From positions 294,742 through 358,741 of the forward strand of contig JBPOGI010000005.1 of assembly GCA_051251855.1 (NCBI GenBank): DNA of 64,000 nucleotides. The letters are read 5' to 3'. Made by a program: the position numbers and the translations under genes. Shown here piece after piece: positions 19,880 through 28,853 of this stretch (positions are counted from its first letter, which is position 1; each line of letters begins with the position of its first letter). Under the pieces are notes generated by a model. It made no database searches. It was not told the origin of the DNA and saw only the letters and a program-made list of their open reading frames with translations. The DNA comes from Roseibacillus sp. (GTDB taxonomy: Bacteria > Verrucomicrobiota > Verrucomicrobiia > Verrucomicrobiales > Akkermansiaceae).

Positions 19880-22800
19880 CTAGGGAAAAGTGACTGTGAG
19901 CTTGTAGAATCGCGTATTTTCAGATGTTGGGAGGCTGCCGGTTTGAGAACCGTCATCAGTGAGGAGAAAGGCAGGGTTCGTGGCGAGACCTGTGGTGTCG
20001 CTAGCCGCGCCCATATTGTTCCAGCTGGCCAAATCGTCGTCGGAGTATTCGACTTGATAGAGCCGATCCGCGATGGTGGAGAAGGTGAGCTCGATATCAC
20101 CGTTAGAAGCGCGCTCAATGCAGAGTTGGAACTGTTCACTGTCGGCGATAGTGGGGTTGAGGCCCACGAGGTATTCTTGGGCGTTGGTGAGGTTGTCGCC
20201 ATCGGGGTTGCCGCTGGCGCCATTTTGGCCTGTCGCTCCGGTGGCCGCGCTGTGGTCGAGACTATAGAGCGCTTCCCAAGTGTCGGGTAGGCCGTCCATG
20301 TCAGCGTCGTCTGTCACTGTGGAGGTGTCAACGAGCTTGAGGTATTGCGCTTGGCCGAGCTGGTCGAGGGGTTGGTCGAGAACGATGGTGAGGCCGTTGT
20401 CGATGAGGTTTTGGCCGGTGCGGTCGGTGGGCCAGAGGAGTTGGGTAGGGTCGGTGGCGAGGAGGTTGGCGGCGTTGTAGTTCGCCGCGGGATCGATACC
20501 AAACCAGTTGACGCCGGGCGAGACTTCGGGGGAGAGGTCGAAGGTCTGCATGCGGTTGCTGTTAGAGAGTGGGTCGTTATTGATGAAGGCAAAGACGACG
20601 TCTTGTTCTTTTGCGCTCACGCCGGCATTTTCGTATTTTGCCACCGCCATGATGTCGTCGTCGAGTCCGCCTCCAACGAGCTTGCTGAGGAAGTATTCGC
20701 TATCGCTGCGCAGAGCGGGGCTGTTGAGGCGGGCGGAATTGACCCGGCCATAGTAACTCTCGAGAGTGGTATCGGCATTGAGCCACACCTTGGTCATGTC
20801 GTTGTAGCGTTTGAAGTTGGGAATGGTCTTGCCGAAGTTTTGCTCGTAGATGCTCCAGTTGTTGTCGGCGTTGGGGATGTCGCCGGTAAAGCCGTAGTCG
20901 GTGAAGTCGTTGAGGGCTCCTGCCTCTTGGCCGTACATCACCATGGGGATGCCTTTGAAGGCGGCCACCTGAGCGTAGGTGTTGAGGAGTTCATAGGGGT
21001 TGTCGCTGGGGAAGACTTCGTCGTGACTGGTGAGGTTGTTGAGCAGAACGACATTGTCGTAGGCATCGCGGCGTTGGCGGTAGGCGTCGAAGGTGCTGAA
21101 GGTGGTCTTGGTGCCGGCTCCTCCGCTGCTAGGGCCGTCGGCGGGGTAGTCGAACCAGGTGTCGCGCCAGTAGAAGACGATGTTTTCGTTGAGGATATCA
21201 AAGTGGCGCGCGCTGCGGTAGCTGACGCCGTGGCGAGGGTCGCCATCGACATTGATGAAGCCGTCGAGGGACTCGGCCATGAAGAGGAAGTTCCACTTCA
21301 CGCTACGGGTCTTGTTGATGCAATACTCCCAAAATTCATTGGGGAGGCCTTGCGCGAAGTCACAACGCATGCCGTCGATGCCTTTGTGGGCGTCAGTGAC
21401 AGGGGTGCCGACGGGGTGGCCGGTTTTTGTGAGCCAGTAGATGGGATAGTAGGCGAAGTAGTCCCAGAGTTCTTCCGTGGTAGCGGTGATGGGATCGAGA
21501 TGATCGCGCTCGAGTAGGAATTCGTATGTGTGTGAGTCGCTATCGAATTTGACGAGGGCGTCGTAGTTGCCAAAGTAGAGCTCGCGCACATCGACGAATT
21601 TTCCGAAGTCGCGTCTGTCAGGTGCAACTGCTTGTTCGGAAGCGCTGGTGGCAGGCATGCTGTAGTCGCCGGTCTTGGAATACCAGCCGGGGCGAGTATC
21701 ACGAATGAGGTCGCCAGCTGGGAGGTTGTAGAGGTCGACTGCACCTTGCCCGAGAATGGCGTCGGGTGCGGAGTGATTGAAGGTTCCATCCACCATCACT
21801 CCGATGCCGTTATTATCGAACTCGGTGACCATGGTTTGGAATTCGCTCATGGCGCCAGCCTCGGTATTGTTGGCTCCGAGGAAAGGGGCGACTTGCCAGT
21901 AGTCTTTGACCGAGTAGGGGCTACCAGGGTCGTAGTCGGTCATGGTCAGAGGGTCAATCTGGCGGCCCTCGGTGCCGATGGGATGGATGGGTTGCAGCCA
22001 AATCATGTTCACGCCGAGGTCGTTGAATTTTTGCGTGTTCACCGCGTCGGGGCGGTCGGTGTTGGTCATCCAGAGGTCGCGGAAAGTGGAGCGTCCAGTA
22101 GGAGTGCTATCGGTGGCTTCTACGATGGCGGGATTGACTTCGTAGAGGGTGGTGTCGAGTGCGTTGGTGGGGGAGACCACGATGGCGAGGTCGCGCCGCA
22201 GGCCCCCGTCGGTGAAGTAGAAAGGCCCAGCGCCATCTACGTAGTAACGCACGGTGGCGCGGTAGGCTCCGCAGGTATTAACTGGCAAAGTCGCGGACCA
22301 AGTGCCCGAGGACTCGGTCATGGGGTAGGCGCGGTAGTAGGTGTTAGAAGCACCAGTGGCGAGGTCGCGGTTTTCTTGAATGACTGCAAAATTACGGCGA
22401 TTGAGGTTGGTGATGACTTCGACATTAGTGACCGTTTCGCCGGGATTGGCGTTGGGGGTGAAGCTGATGGAGATACTGCCGGTGTCGTTGGTGGTCTCGT
22501 CGATGAAGAAGCGGCGCAGACCGTAATCGGCATCTGCGACGTTGCCGTTCACGGTGCTTTCCATGGTAGGAGCGGCGCGGTCGAAATATCCGTCGAGGTC
22601 TTCGTCGCGAATGGATTCCACGGTGACGGGCGCCATTTCCATAATGTCCAGATTATCATCCTGCCAGAAGATGGGGGTCTGACCCACGATGGCGTCGCCA
22701 GTATTCGTGCCGTAGGCAAGAGCGGAGAGGTAAACTGTCTCGGGCATGGCGCCGAAGACTTCCACAAGGTCGATGACTCCTTCTAACACTCCACCGTTCG

Positions 22801-25201
22801 GCCCTTCGGCATGTCCGCCGGAGATGCCGCCGTTGTTGATGGTGGCAAAGTTGTTATCGCCTTCTGCCGCCAACCAAGGCCAGCCGCCAAAGAAGTAATT
22901 GAGCGTTCCAGCTTTGCCCCATGGGTGAGCTTCGGGATTTCCGAATCCGGTAGAGCAGAGCACGTAATGGTCAGCGGTGCCGCCTTCGGTGGACCAAGTG
23001 GCGAAGTAAAGTTTGGTGCCTTTGACTGCGGCCCAGAGGCGCATGCCGTTGTCGGAGATAAGGTAGTTGGCGCTATCGAGACTGCCATCGAGCACGAAGT
23101 CGGAGCCGCCTCCAGAGCCTGTGTTGACGCTGACGGAATAGTTGGCTCCTCCATTGTCGTCGGTGAAGGTATTACTGCCGTCATCGAAAGTAACGTAATA
23201 GTCGATGGTGGCTCCTGCCGCGAAAGTGCCGAGGTTGACGTTCCAAGCCTCGGTGGTAGTGGTGTCGAAACTGGGGTTACGAGCGAGGGGACTTGTGAGA
23301 AAGGTGCCGCCTGCATCGGTGGAGTAGTGGACAGTGCCGCTCGTCGCAGTGCCTTGGGGGCTAGTGTCGGAGTCGATGAAAAGGTCGTCGCTTGTAGTGA
23401 TGGATCCTTGGACTGGGAAGTTGCGGGTATTACTGATCGCGAGGGGAGGGGCCGTTCCCCCAGCGACAAAGATCTTTAATCCGCGAGTGGGAACAGAGAC
23501 GTTGAGAGTGCCGCCTGAAACGGAGAGGGTTTCGTTGGTGTCGAGGACGTTGGTGAAGGTGGTGCCATCAAGAGTTGCGACCCCAGGGGTGGCGCTTTGC
23601 GCGTTGTCCCAATCGGTATTAAGTATGATGAGAGCTTCTTGGTTGCCGAATTGGCGAGTGAAGGCGTAGATGCCGCGGCCACCGGTTTCCCAGCGTTGTT
23701 GGAAGCTTCCGCGACGGAGGCAGATGTATTGCTCGCGGGCGGCGTTGATTTGGCCGATGAGGGTTTTAATGCTGCTGGGAGCAGTGAACTTGTTCCCTTG
23801 TGCGTTTCCCCATTGGTAGCCGAAGTCCATCATGTTTTCGCGCTGATAGTCGGCATCGTCGGCTCCGATGTTGTTGTTGGCTTCGCCTTGGTTGAAGCCG
23901 TGTTCGGTGCCGTAGTAGAGGGTGGGCACGGGAGTAGCGCAGTAGAGGAGTCCCATGGCAGGACGGAGCATGTCTTCCCATGAGGTGGTGTAGCTTTTGC
24001 TCACGCGGTCGACGTCGTGGTTATCGATGAAGGCGATGGTGCGCATGTTGGCTTCGTTGCCGAAGGTGTTGCCGTTCCAAATGCCATTGAGAGGAGCGGT
24101 GAGATTAGAAGTCGCTCCGCTGCCTGCGAACACATCGCGCAAGGTATTCATCATAGAGAACCACATCGCGGAGTTAAAGCCAGAGCCTTGGTCGCCGGTG
24201 AAGGCATTGTGGTAGCCGTCGTCGAAGCTGAAGAGTTCGCCAAAAATGAGAAAGTCGTCCTTGCCGCGAGAGGCGGCGTGAGTGCGCATTTCGGTGGCCC
24301 AGTTTTTAATCCACGTTTGGTCTACGTGCTTGATGGCGTCGACGCGGAAGCCATCGCAGTCGGTGGCGTCGATGAGGTTCTTAAAAGCGATGGCGAGTTC
24401 TGCCTGCACGTCGGCGCGCTCGGTGGCGAGGTCGTCGGTGCCTTTGAAGCCGCCGAGCTGAGTCTCGGGGAAAGCGTCGTAGTTGCCGATGTTGCCGTTG
24501 CAATGGAACCAATCGAGGCGATTGAAGGGGGAGGCGTGCTGGACGCCGTCAGCCCAGTTGATGTCGAAGGTGGTGCAGTTTTCGTCGTAGCTTTCGTCTC
24601 CGCTGGTGCGACGGATGAGGTCGGCCATGTGGTTGGGAACGACGTCGAGAATGACGTAAATGCCAGCCGCGTGTAGGTCGTCGATGGTTTGCTTCAGCTT
24701 CGCAAAGTCACCGAACAAAGGTTCACACTTGTAGAGGTCGGTGGGGTGATAGGCATGGTAGGGGGTGAAGCGTTTGTCGACGCCTTGCTCGACTTTCTGA
24801 ACGCTGGAGAGCCAAACCGCCTTCACGCCCATGGATTGGAGGTAGGGGATTTGTTGGCGAATGCCTTCCCAGTCGCCGCCTTGTGCGAGGTGGCGGTCAT
24901 TGGCTTGTGCGCTGTTCGCAGTGTTATACCAAGAGCGTCCGGTGGTGTCGCCGCTTGGGTGAGCAGTATTGAAGTCCCACCAACTGCCGCCGCGCATGCT
25001 ACGAGCATTGTTGTTACTACTATCGCCATCAGAGAACCGGTCTGTGAAAAGCTGGTAGACGTTTAAGTCACGCCAGTCTTCGGGGCTTTCGGTGTAGTCG
25101 AAGGAGGGATCGTCGTTGATGCGCGGAGTCAGGAGATAGGGATCTTGTGCCGCTGCTGAAAAGAGAAGGGCAAAGAAAAGAGCGCCGATGGGTTTGAGCA
25201 T
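19880..25201 (-). CDS. Large secreted alpha-amylase-family protein with two GH13 catalytic domains
   Basis: Signal MLKPIGALFFALLFSAAA. Domain 1: DVVPNH, DGFRVDAIKH, FGELF, IDNHD. Domain 2: DGTFNH, DGMRCDFAQG, MAESL, TSHDE. C-terminal DxDxDG repeats. Confidence 0.92.
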   Translation of the reverse strand: MLKPIGALFFALLFSAAAQDPYLLTPRINDDPSFDYTESPEDWRDLNVYQLFTDRFSDGDSSNNNARSMRGGSWWDFNTAHPSGDTTGRSWYNTANSAQANDRHLAQGGDWEGIRQQIPYLQSMGVKAVWLSSVQKVEQGVDKRFTPYHAYHPTDLYKCEPLFGDFAKLKQTIDDLHAAGIYVILDVVPNHMADLIRRTSGDESYDENCTTFDINWADGVQHASPFNRLDWFHCNGNIGNYDAFPETQLGGFKGTDDLATERADVQAELAIAFKNLIDATDCDGFRVDAIKHVDQTWIKNWATEMRTHAASRGKDDFLIFGELFSFDDGYHNAFTGDQGSGFNSAMWFSMMNTLRDVFAGSGATSNLTAPLNGIWNGNTFGNEANMRTIAFIDNHDVDRVSKSYTTSWEDMLRPAMGLLYCATPVPTLYYGTEHGFNQGEANNNIGADDADYQRENMMDFGYQWGNAQGNKFTAPSSIKTLIGQINAAREQYICLRRGSFQQRWETGGRGIYAFTRQFGNQEALIILNTDWDNAQSATPGVATLDGTTFTNVLDTNETLSVSGGTLNVSVPTRGLKIFVAGGTAPPLAISNTRNFPVQGSITTSDDLFIDSDTSPQGTATSGTVHYSTDAGGTFLTSPLARNPSFDTTTTEAWNVNLGTFAAGATIDYYVTFDDGSNTFTDDNGGANYSVSVNTGSGGGSDFVLDGSLDSANYLISDNGMRLWAAVKGTKLYFATWSTEGGTADHYVLCSTGFGNPEAHPWGKAGTLNYFFGGWPWLAAEGDNNFATINNGGISGGHAEGPNGGVLEGVIDLVEVFGAMPETVYLSALAYGTNTGDAIVGQTPIFWQDDNLDIMEMAPVTVESIRDEDLDGYFDRAAPTMESTVNGNVADADYGLRRFFIDETTNDTGSISISFTPNANPGETVTNVEVITNLNRRNFAVIQENRDLATGASNTYYRAYPMTESSGTWSATLPVNTCGAYRATVRYYVDGAGPFYFTDGGLRRDLAIVVSPTNALDTTLYEVNPAIVEATDSTPTGRSTFRDLWMTNTDRPDAVNTQKFNDLGVNMIWLQPIHPIGTEGRQIDPLTMTDYDPGSPYSVKDYWQVAPFLGANNTEAGAMSEFQTMVTEFDNNGIGVMVDGTFNHSAPDAILGQGAVDLYNLPAGDLIRDTRPGWYSKTGDYSMPATSASEQAVAPDRRDFGKFVDVRELYFGNYDALVKFDSDSHTYEFLLERDHLDPITATTEELWDYFAYYPIYWLTKTGHPVGTPVTDAHKGIDGMRCDFAQGLPNEFWEYCINKTRSVKWNFLFMAESLDGFINVDGDPRHGVSYRSARHFDILNENIVFYWRDTWFDYPADGPSSGGAGTKTTFSTFDAYRQRRDAYDNVVLLNNLTSHDEVFPSDNPYELLNTYAQVAAFKGIPMVMYGQEAGALNDFTDYGFTGDIPNADNNWSIYEQNFGKTIPNFKRYNDMTKVWLNADTTLESYYGRVNSARLNSPALRSDSEYFLSKLVGGGLDDDIMAVAKYENAGVSAKEQDVVFAFINNDPLSNSNRMQTFDLSPEVSPGVNWFGIDPAANYNAANLLATDPTQLLWPTDRTGQNLIDNGLTIVLDQPLDQLGQAQYLKLVDTSTVTDDADMDGLPDTWEALYSLDHSAATGATGQNGASGNPDGDNLTNAQEYLVGLNPTIADSEQFQLCIERASNGDIELTFSTIADRLYQVEYSDDDLASWNNMGAASDTTGLATNPAFLLTDDGSQTGSLPTSENTRFYKLTVTFP

Positions 25202-25491
25202 GGAAATGGGGTTTTGTTGAAGGTAGAGTGGACGAGACAGAAGGGAAACGGATTTTTGTGAAAGAAGAGGCCTCTCATCGGCAGGGTTCTCGCTAAGAGC
25301 TAAGGCCCAAAAGAGGGGGCTGGGTTTACGGAAAATGATTCTTTTTTGAGTGAGATTTGGACTTGGGAGCAAAAGTCAGTAGTGTGGGTCGACCTACACA
25401 ATGGTATTCCCACCTCCCTTTCTAAGAGCGATGAGGATTGGGTGTGCCTGAATGTTGTGTTGAAATAGGAGCTTTGTTTGAGATTTTGGTT

Positions 25492-25914
25492 ATGAAAAGG
25501 CGACGTGCATTTGCTCTCTTTGGATGCATCGTGATAATGCTGCTAGGGTATGTGGTGTGGACGTGCTGGCCGAGGACGAGTATCGAGTGGCACCATCGAA
25601 TTGATGCAGCGACGAAAAAGTCATTGGAAGGCTATTTTGCGATACATCCACTAAGAACAACGCCTCTTACGGTTGAGGGAGTGCAGCAGAGACTCTTGGA
25701 CCCCTACGATTTACAAGTCGATATTACGGGCGTTGTGCTCATGGAGTATTCGGATGGGAGTGAGTTCATCTATTTGGTGCACCCTGACGGTTCAACGGAT
25801 GCCCTCAGCCAATCGGATGGAGGAGTGTGGGGAGAAGTCGATCTTGGAAAAGTAATCGCAGAAGGTGCGGTCCCACACATCGGTCGAATGTTTGAAGAGC
25901 GAACGAAGTCATAA
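25492..25914 (+). CDS. Hypothetical protein with N-terminal membrane anchor
   Basis: MKRRRAFALFGCIVIMLLGYVVW. Confidence 0.6.
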   Translation: MKRRRAFALFGCIVIMLLGYVVWTCWPRTSIEWHHRIDAATKKSLEGYFAIHPLRTTPLTVEGVQQRLLDPYDLQVDITGVVLMEYSDGSEFIYLVHPDGSTDALSQSDGGVWGEVDLGKVIAEGAVPHIGRMFEERTKS

Positions 25915-26055
25915 TTGGTTCCGAACAAGACGCAGAACTATGACTCTGAACGCGCTAGTGGGTCGGAGGTTGACTGGAGAAGGAGGCCTGATAGAAGTGA
26001 GAGAAGCGTGCTGAGTCGTTTGGATTGGGTGTGTTAAGATGTCCTGTCGAAAATT

Positions 26056-26637
26056 ATGCCTCAATCTCGAACTGATACGCTTGCTCTGGGGCTCCTTGTT
26101 TCTGCTGTTCTAGGAGGGTGCTTTATCTTGATCGTGTGCTGGTCATTCTACGGGAAAGCTCTGCTGTCAGAGGATAAGATGATGGGGTTTCGGGTCTTGG
26201 AGAAGCATTGGGTTCCCCATCCCTCGGGTCCACCTTGCGGTACTCTTTATTGCCTTCTTGAGGGAGATTCTTCAGAACTCGCGAGTGCAGTAGCGGCAGG
26301 AAGAGGCCCTGTTCTCACTCGGCTAGTTCAGCCAATAGATGATGTGAGGTTTGTGCATACGCTGCCAAGTCTAGCATGGTGGGCACCAAGTCTCACTCCG
26401 GCAGAATCCTATTGCAGAGCCACAATAGATCATCCTTCTCGTTCACTGGGCCAACAGTCCGAGGCTGAATATGTGGTGTCAGCAGTCGGTAACCGAATAT
26501 ACTACGAGCGGAGAACTCTGCCGCTGTTCTCTCAAACTCATGACCCCAACTCGGCACCGGCATTATCAGTGCCAGCGCGAGCGCTGAACAATGCGAAGAA
26601 ACAAAAATTCGACCGCGTTGGCGAGTTAGAGGATTGA
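26056..26637 (+). CDS. Hypothetical protein with N-terminal TM helix
   Basis: 193-aa ORF whose 3' end reads into the downstream repeat-like region. Confidence 0.55.
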   Translation: MPQSRTDTLALGLLVSAVLGGCFILIVCWSFYGKALLSEDKMMGFRVLEKHWVPHPSGPPCGTLYCLLEGDSSELASAVAAGRGPVLTRLVQPIDDVRFVHTLPSLAWWAPSLTPAESYCRATIDHPSRSLGQQSEAEYVVSAVGNRIYYERRTLPLFSQTHDPNSAPALSVPARALNNAKKQKFDRVGELED

Positions 26638-26711
26638 ACGGAGGAGTGGACATGGTAGACCTATTGAAAACACGCCGATTCAATTGGATGGGCTGAAACG
26701 TTCGACTGAAA

Positions 26712-27131
26712 ATGGATCCGTATATACCGCCGGGTATTGAAGCCATCGAAGCAAGACTGTCTTGGCTACGTTACTCAAATAGGATTGCAGCCGTTGCTTT
26801 GATCCTGATGATTACCATCCCAGTATTCCGTTTCGGCTTTGAGATTAACTTCACTCAAGTCGCCTCCAAGGTTCTTGCTTTCGCAATGGCGCTGCTCGTC
26901 TACCAGTTTCCGAGGAGGGCCGGCATATGGGTGGCGGCCTTAGTTTTGTTTAGTTTAGTCGGAAATCATTTTGTCACTCTCGAATTGGTTCGTAGTTTTA
27001 ATGAATCTACTGGCTCACCGGTTCGTTTGTCCTACTGGATCGGGTATCTAGCTGGATGTCTTCCTGCGGTCGTGGCAATTGTTTTTTCGATTCTATCTCG
27101 GTGGTTTTTACATCACAAGAATGTCGCATGA
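26712..27131 (+). CDS. Hypothetical 4-TM membrane protein
   Basis: MDPYIPP start; four hydrophobic segments. Confidence 0.65.
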   Translation: MDPYIPPGIEAIEARLSWLRYSNRIAAVALILMITIPVFRFGFEINFTQVASKVLAFAMALLVYQFPRRAGIWVAALVLFSLVGNHFVTLELVRSFNESTGSPVRLSYWIGYLAGCLPAVVAIVFSILSRWFLHHKNVA

Positions 27132-27305
27132 GTGTCGAGCAAGGTTCGCTCTGAGCTTGGATGTGCTAGAGAGTCCAAGGTTGAGTGAAGAAGGGCGCGT
27201 GGCAGTTGCGTGCAAGGCTCCTTGAATCTGTCAGAGATGAGGTGCCAAGACGTTTACTTAGAATCTTCTCCCGATTTCATGTTGTCTGAGATAGAGTCAC
27301 GTTAA

Positions 27306-27641
27306 ATGGATCATTCGTTCTACCAGCAAATCGAAGATGAGGAGGCTAGTCGACTCGCAAAGAAGGTTGCTACTGAGGAAGAGCTGAAGGCGATTGCTGA
27401 GTCTACCCGATTTCAATTCTATTTCGGAGAAGGCAAGAAGGAGATTGCGGTGAGGTCTGCGGTGTTTTTTTCCTTGTTGATGTTCGTGGTCATTTACTTG
27501 GAGGATTCCTTCCTCCTTTCTCTTGTTATAATTACTTTGGTGCTGGAACTCTATTGGAACCAAGAGAGGTTGACTGCCACGACGAAGCTGTTTTTGCTTC
27601 ACGTTGAAGGAGAGTCGAGTTCTGAAGAAATTGCGCAATAG
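27306..27641 (+). CDS. Hypothetical 2-TM membrane protein
   Basis: 111-aa ORF with hydrophobic hairpin. Confidence 0.55.
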   Translation: MDHSFYQQIEDEEASRLAKKVATEEELKAIAESTRFQFYFGEGKKEIAVRSAVFFSLLMFVVIYLEDSFLLSLVIITLVLELYWNQERLTATTKLFLLHVEGESSSEEIAQ

Positions 27642-27728
27642 GGGAGGCGAGACGGTGAATGATAGTTCTGTTGTGCAATTGAGTCAGATGTTTAGTTGGG
27701 GGATGGGGTGCTGAAATGTTTGTCTGAA

Positions 27729-28169
27729 ATGGAAAATACAGCAAAATTCAAACGACCCTTGTGGCTCACGCTCTTCTCGTGGCTTTTCTTATTCACTTTA
27801 GCGCTTGCACCCTTTCTCGTTCTCTTGTCGATGTTTTCGAGCCTTGATAACCTCAATGTGGGGATTCTTGGTATTAGCCTCGAAGGTCCTCGTTTTGGAG
27901 CGTTTCCTAAACTGGTCTTGCTAACGGTGTTTCTCTTCGGTGGCTATGTAGGCTATCTTATTCTTACGGGCACGAGATCAGCCTTTCGAGTGGGGCTGTT
28001 CTACTGCGGCTATGCTGTGGTGCTGTCTGCCTTATTCCACCTGTGGGGAATCGGGACTGATAGGGAGGCGTATTTCGAGACATTTCTCCACTACAGCCTG
28101 CTTGTCTTTTTCGCGGGCTATCTGCGATTAAAAAGAGGTGGTTGGGAAAGTGCCTTGATTAGGGAGTGA
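27729..28169 (+). CDS. Hypothetical 4-TM membrane protein
   Basis: KRPLWLTLFSWLFL N-terminus; four hydrophobic segments. Confidence 0.65.
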   Translation: MENTAKFKRPLWLTLFSWLFLFTLALAPFLVLLSMFSSLDNLNVGILGISLEGPRFGAFPKLVLLTVFLFGGYVGYLILTGTRSAFRVGLFYCGYAVVLSALFHLWGIGTDREAYFETFLHYSLLVFFAGYLRLKRGGWESALIRE

Positions 28170-28245
28170 GTTTCGCTCACTTGGGAGGGCTTTAGGGTAG
28201 GCTGGTGCGCGGGGGAGTGAAGTTCTTGTCAGGTCGGATAGTTCT

Positions 28246-28659
28246 CTAGCGACGACGTTTCGCAAATCCGAATGCGCTTAAAATGAGGAGAAGGACCATG
28301 CTTGGTTCTGGTGCTGGTGAGAGGTCGTCGACCGTGGTTAGTCCTGGGGGAGTGACTACAGGGGGTTGTTCTAGGCCTTCGGAGACTCTGTATAGAACGG
28401 TGTTGGGTAGCAGGGGGTCGAGGAGGTGCAATGGCTCTCCCTCTCCCATTGCGATTTGCAGGATCAGCCATTCCCCTCCGTCGATGCTTCGCTCAATCAC
28501 GTAGAAGCAGTCGGCTTCAGCTTGAAAATGTAACTCTGCGGCGGGGCTGCCATTGGAATCTTTGATCCCGATTTCAAGAAGGGGTGCTTCGCTTGCCCCC
28601 TGAAGACTTAAGATAGTAGAAGCGGCAAAGGCGAGTAATGGGCGAAGGGGCCGTTTCAT
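28246..28659 (-). CDS. Small PEP-CTERM-like secreted protein
   Basis: Signal peptide; C-terminal APEPSMVLLLILSAFGFAKRRR. Confidence 0.75.
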   Translation of the reverse strand: MKRPLRPLLAFAASTILSLQGASEAPLLEIGIKDSNGSPAAELHFQAEADCFYVIERSIDGGEWLILQIAMGEGEPLHLLDPLLPNTVLYRVSEGLEQPPVVTPPGLTTVDDLSPAPEPSMVLLLILSAFGFAKRRR

Positions 28660-28853
28660 AACCTTTCTTAGCAAAGACTATCAAAAAGCCGATCATTTTA
28701 ATGAGGGTGGTCTCGACGAGGCTGATGGCTTCAAGACGAGAATTCGCTCAGCTTTTGAGGTGAATCTAGAAGGAATCAAAGTCTGCTGAAATACAGGCAC
28801 GGTTGCTTGATTTGCGGTTTGTCTTTTGAGAAGGCAGGGATGAGGCTGGCAGG

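Larger units (their letters stand above)
25435..27731 (+). repeat. Five degenerate ~30-bp motifs, one upstream of each small ORF (attC-like remnants)
   Basis: 25435 GGATTGGGTGTGCCTGAATGTTGTGTTGAAA; 26022 GGATTGGGTGTGTTAAGATGTCCTGTCGAAA; 26686 GGATGGGCTGAAACGTTCGACTGAAA; 27236 GATGAGGTGCCAAGACGTTT; 27701 GGATGGGGTGCTGAAATGTTTGTCTGAAA. Confidence 0.55.

Noticed and set aside
11765..25066. Many long antisense or alternate-frame ORFs (e.g. 11959-12885, 13123-14022, 20345-21517, 21632-22786)
   Set aside because: Shadows of GC-rich genes on the opposite strand, with no motifs; the same applies to 47977-49050 and 50952-51710 opposite gyrB/gyrA.
25250..25340. Possible riboswitch (c-di-GMP-like) in the amylase leader
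   Set aside because: Only fragmentary resemblance; the conserved core motifs and stems could not be built.
25435..27731. CRISPR array
   Set aside because: Repeats are degenerate and separated by whole ORFs; no cas genes present.
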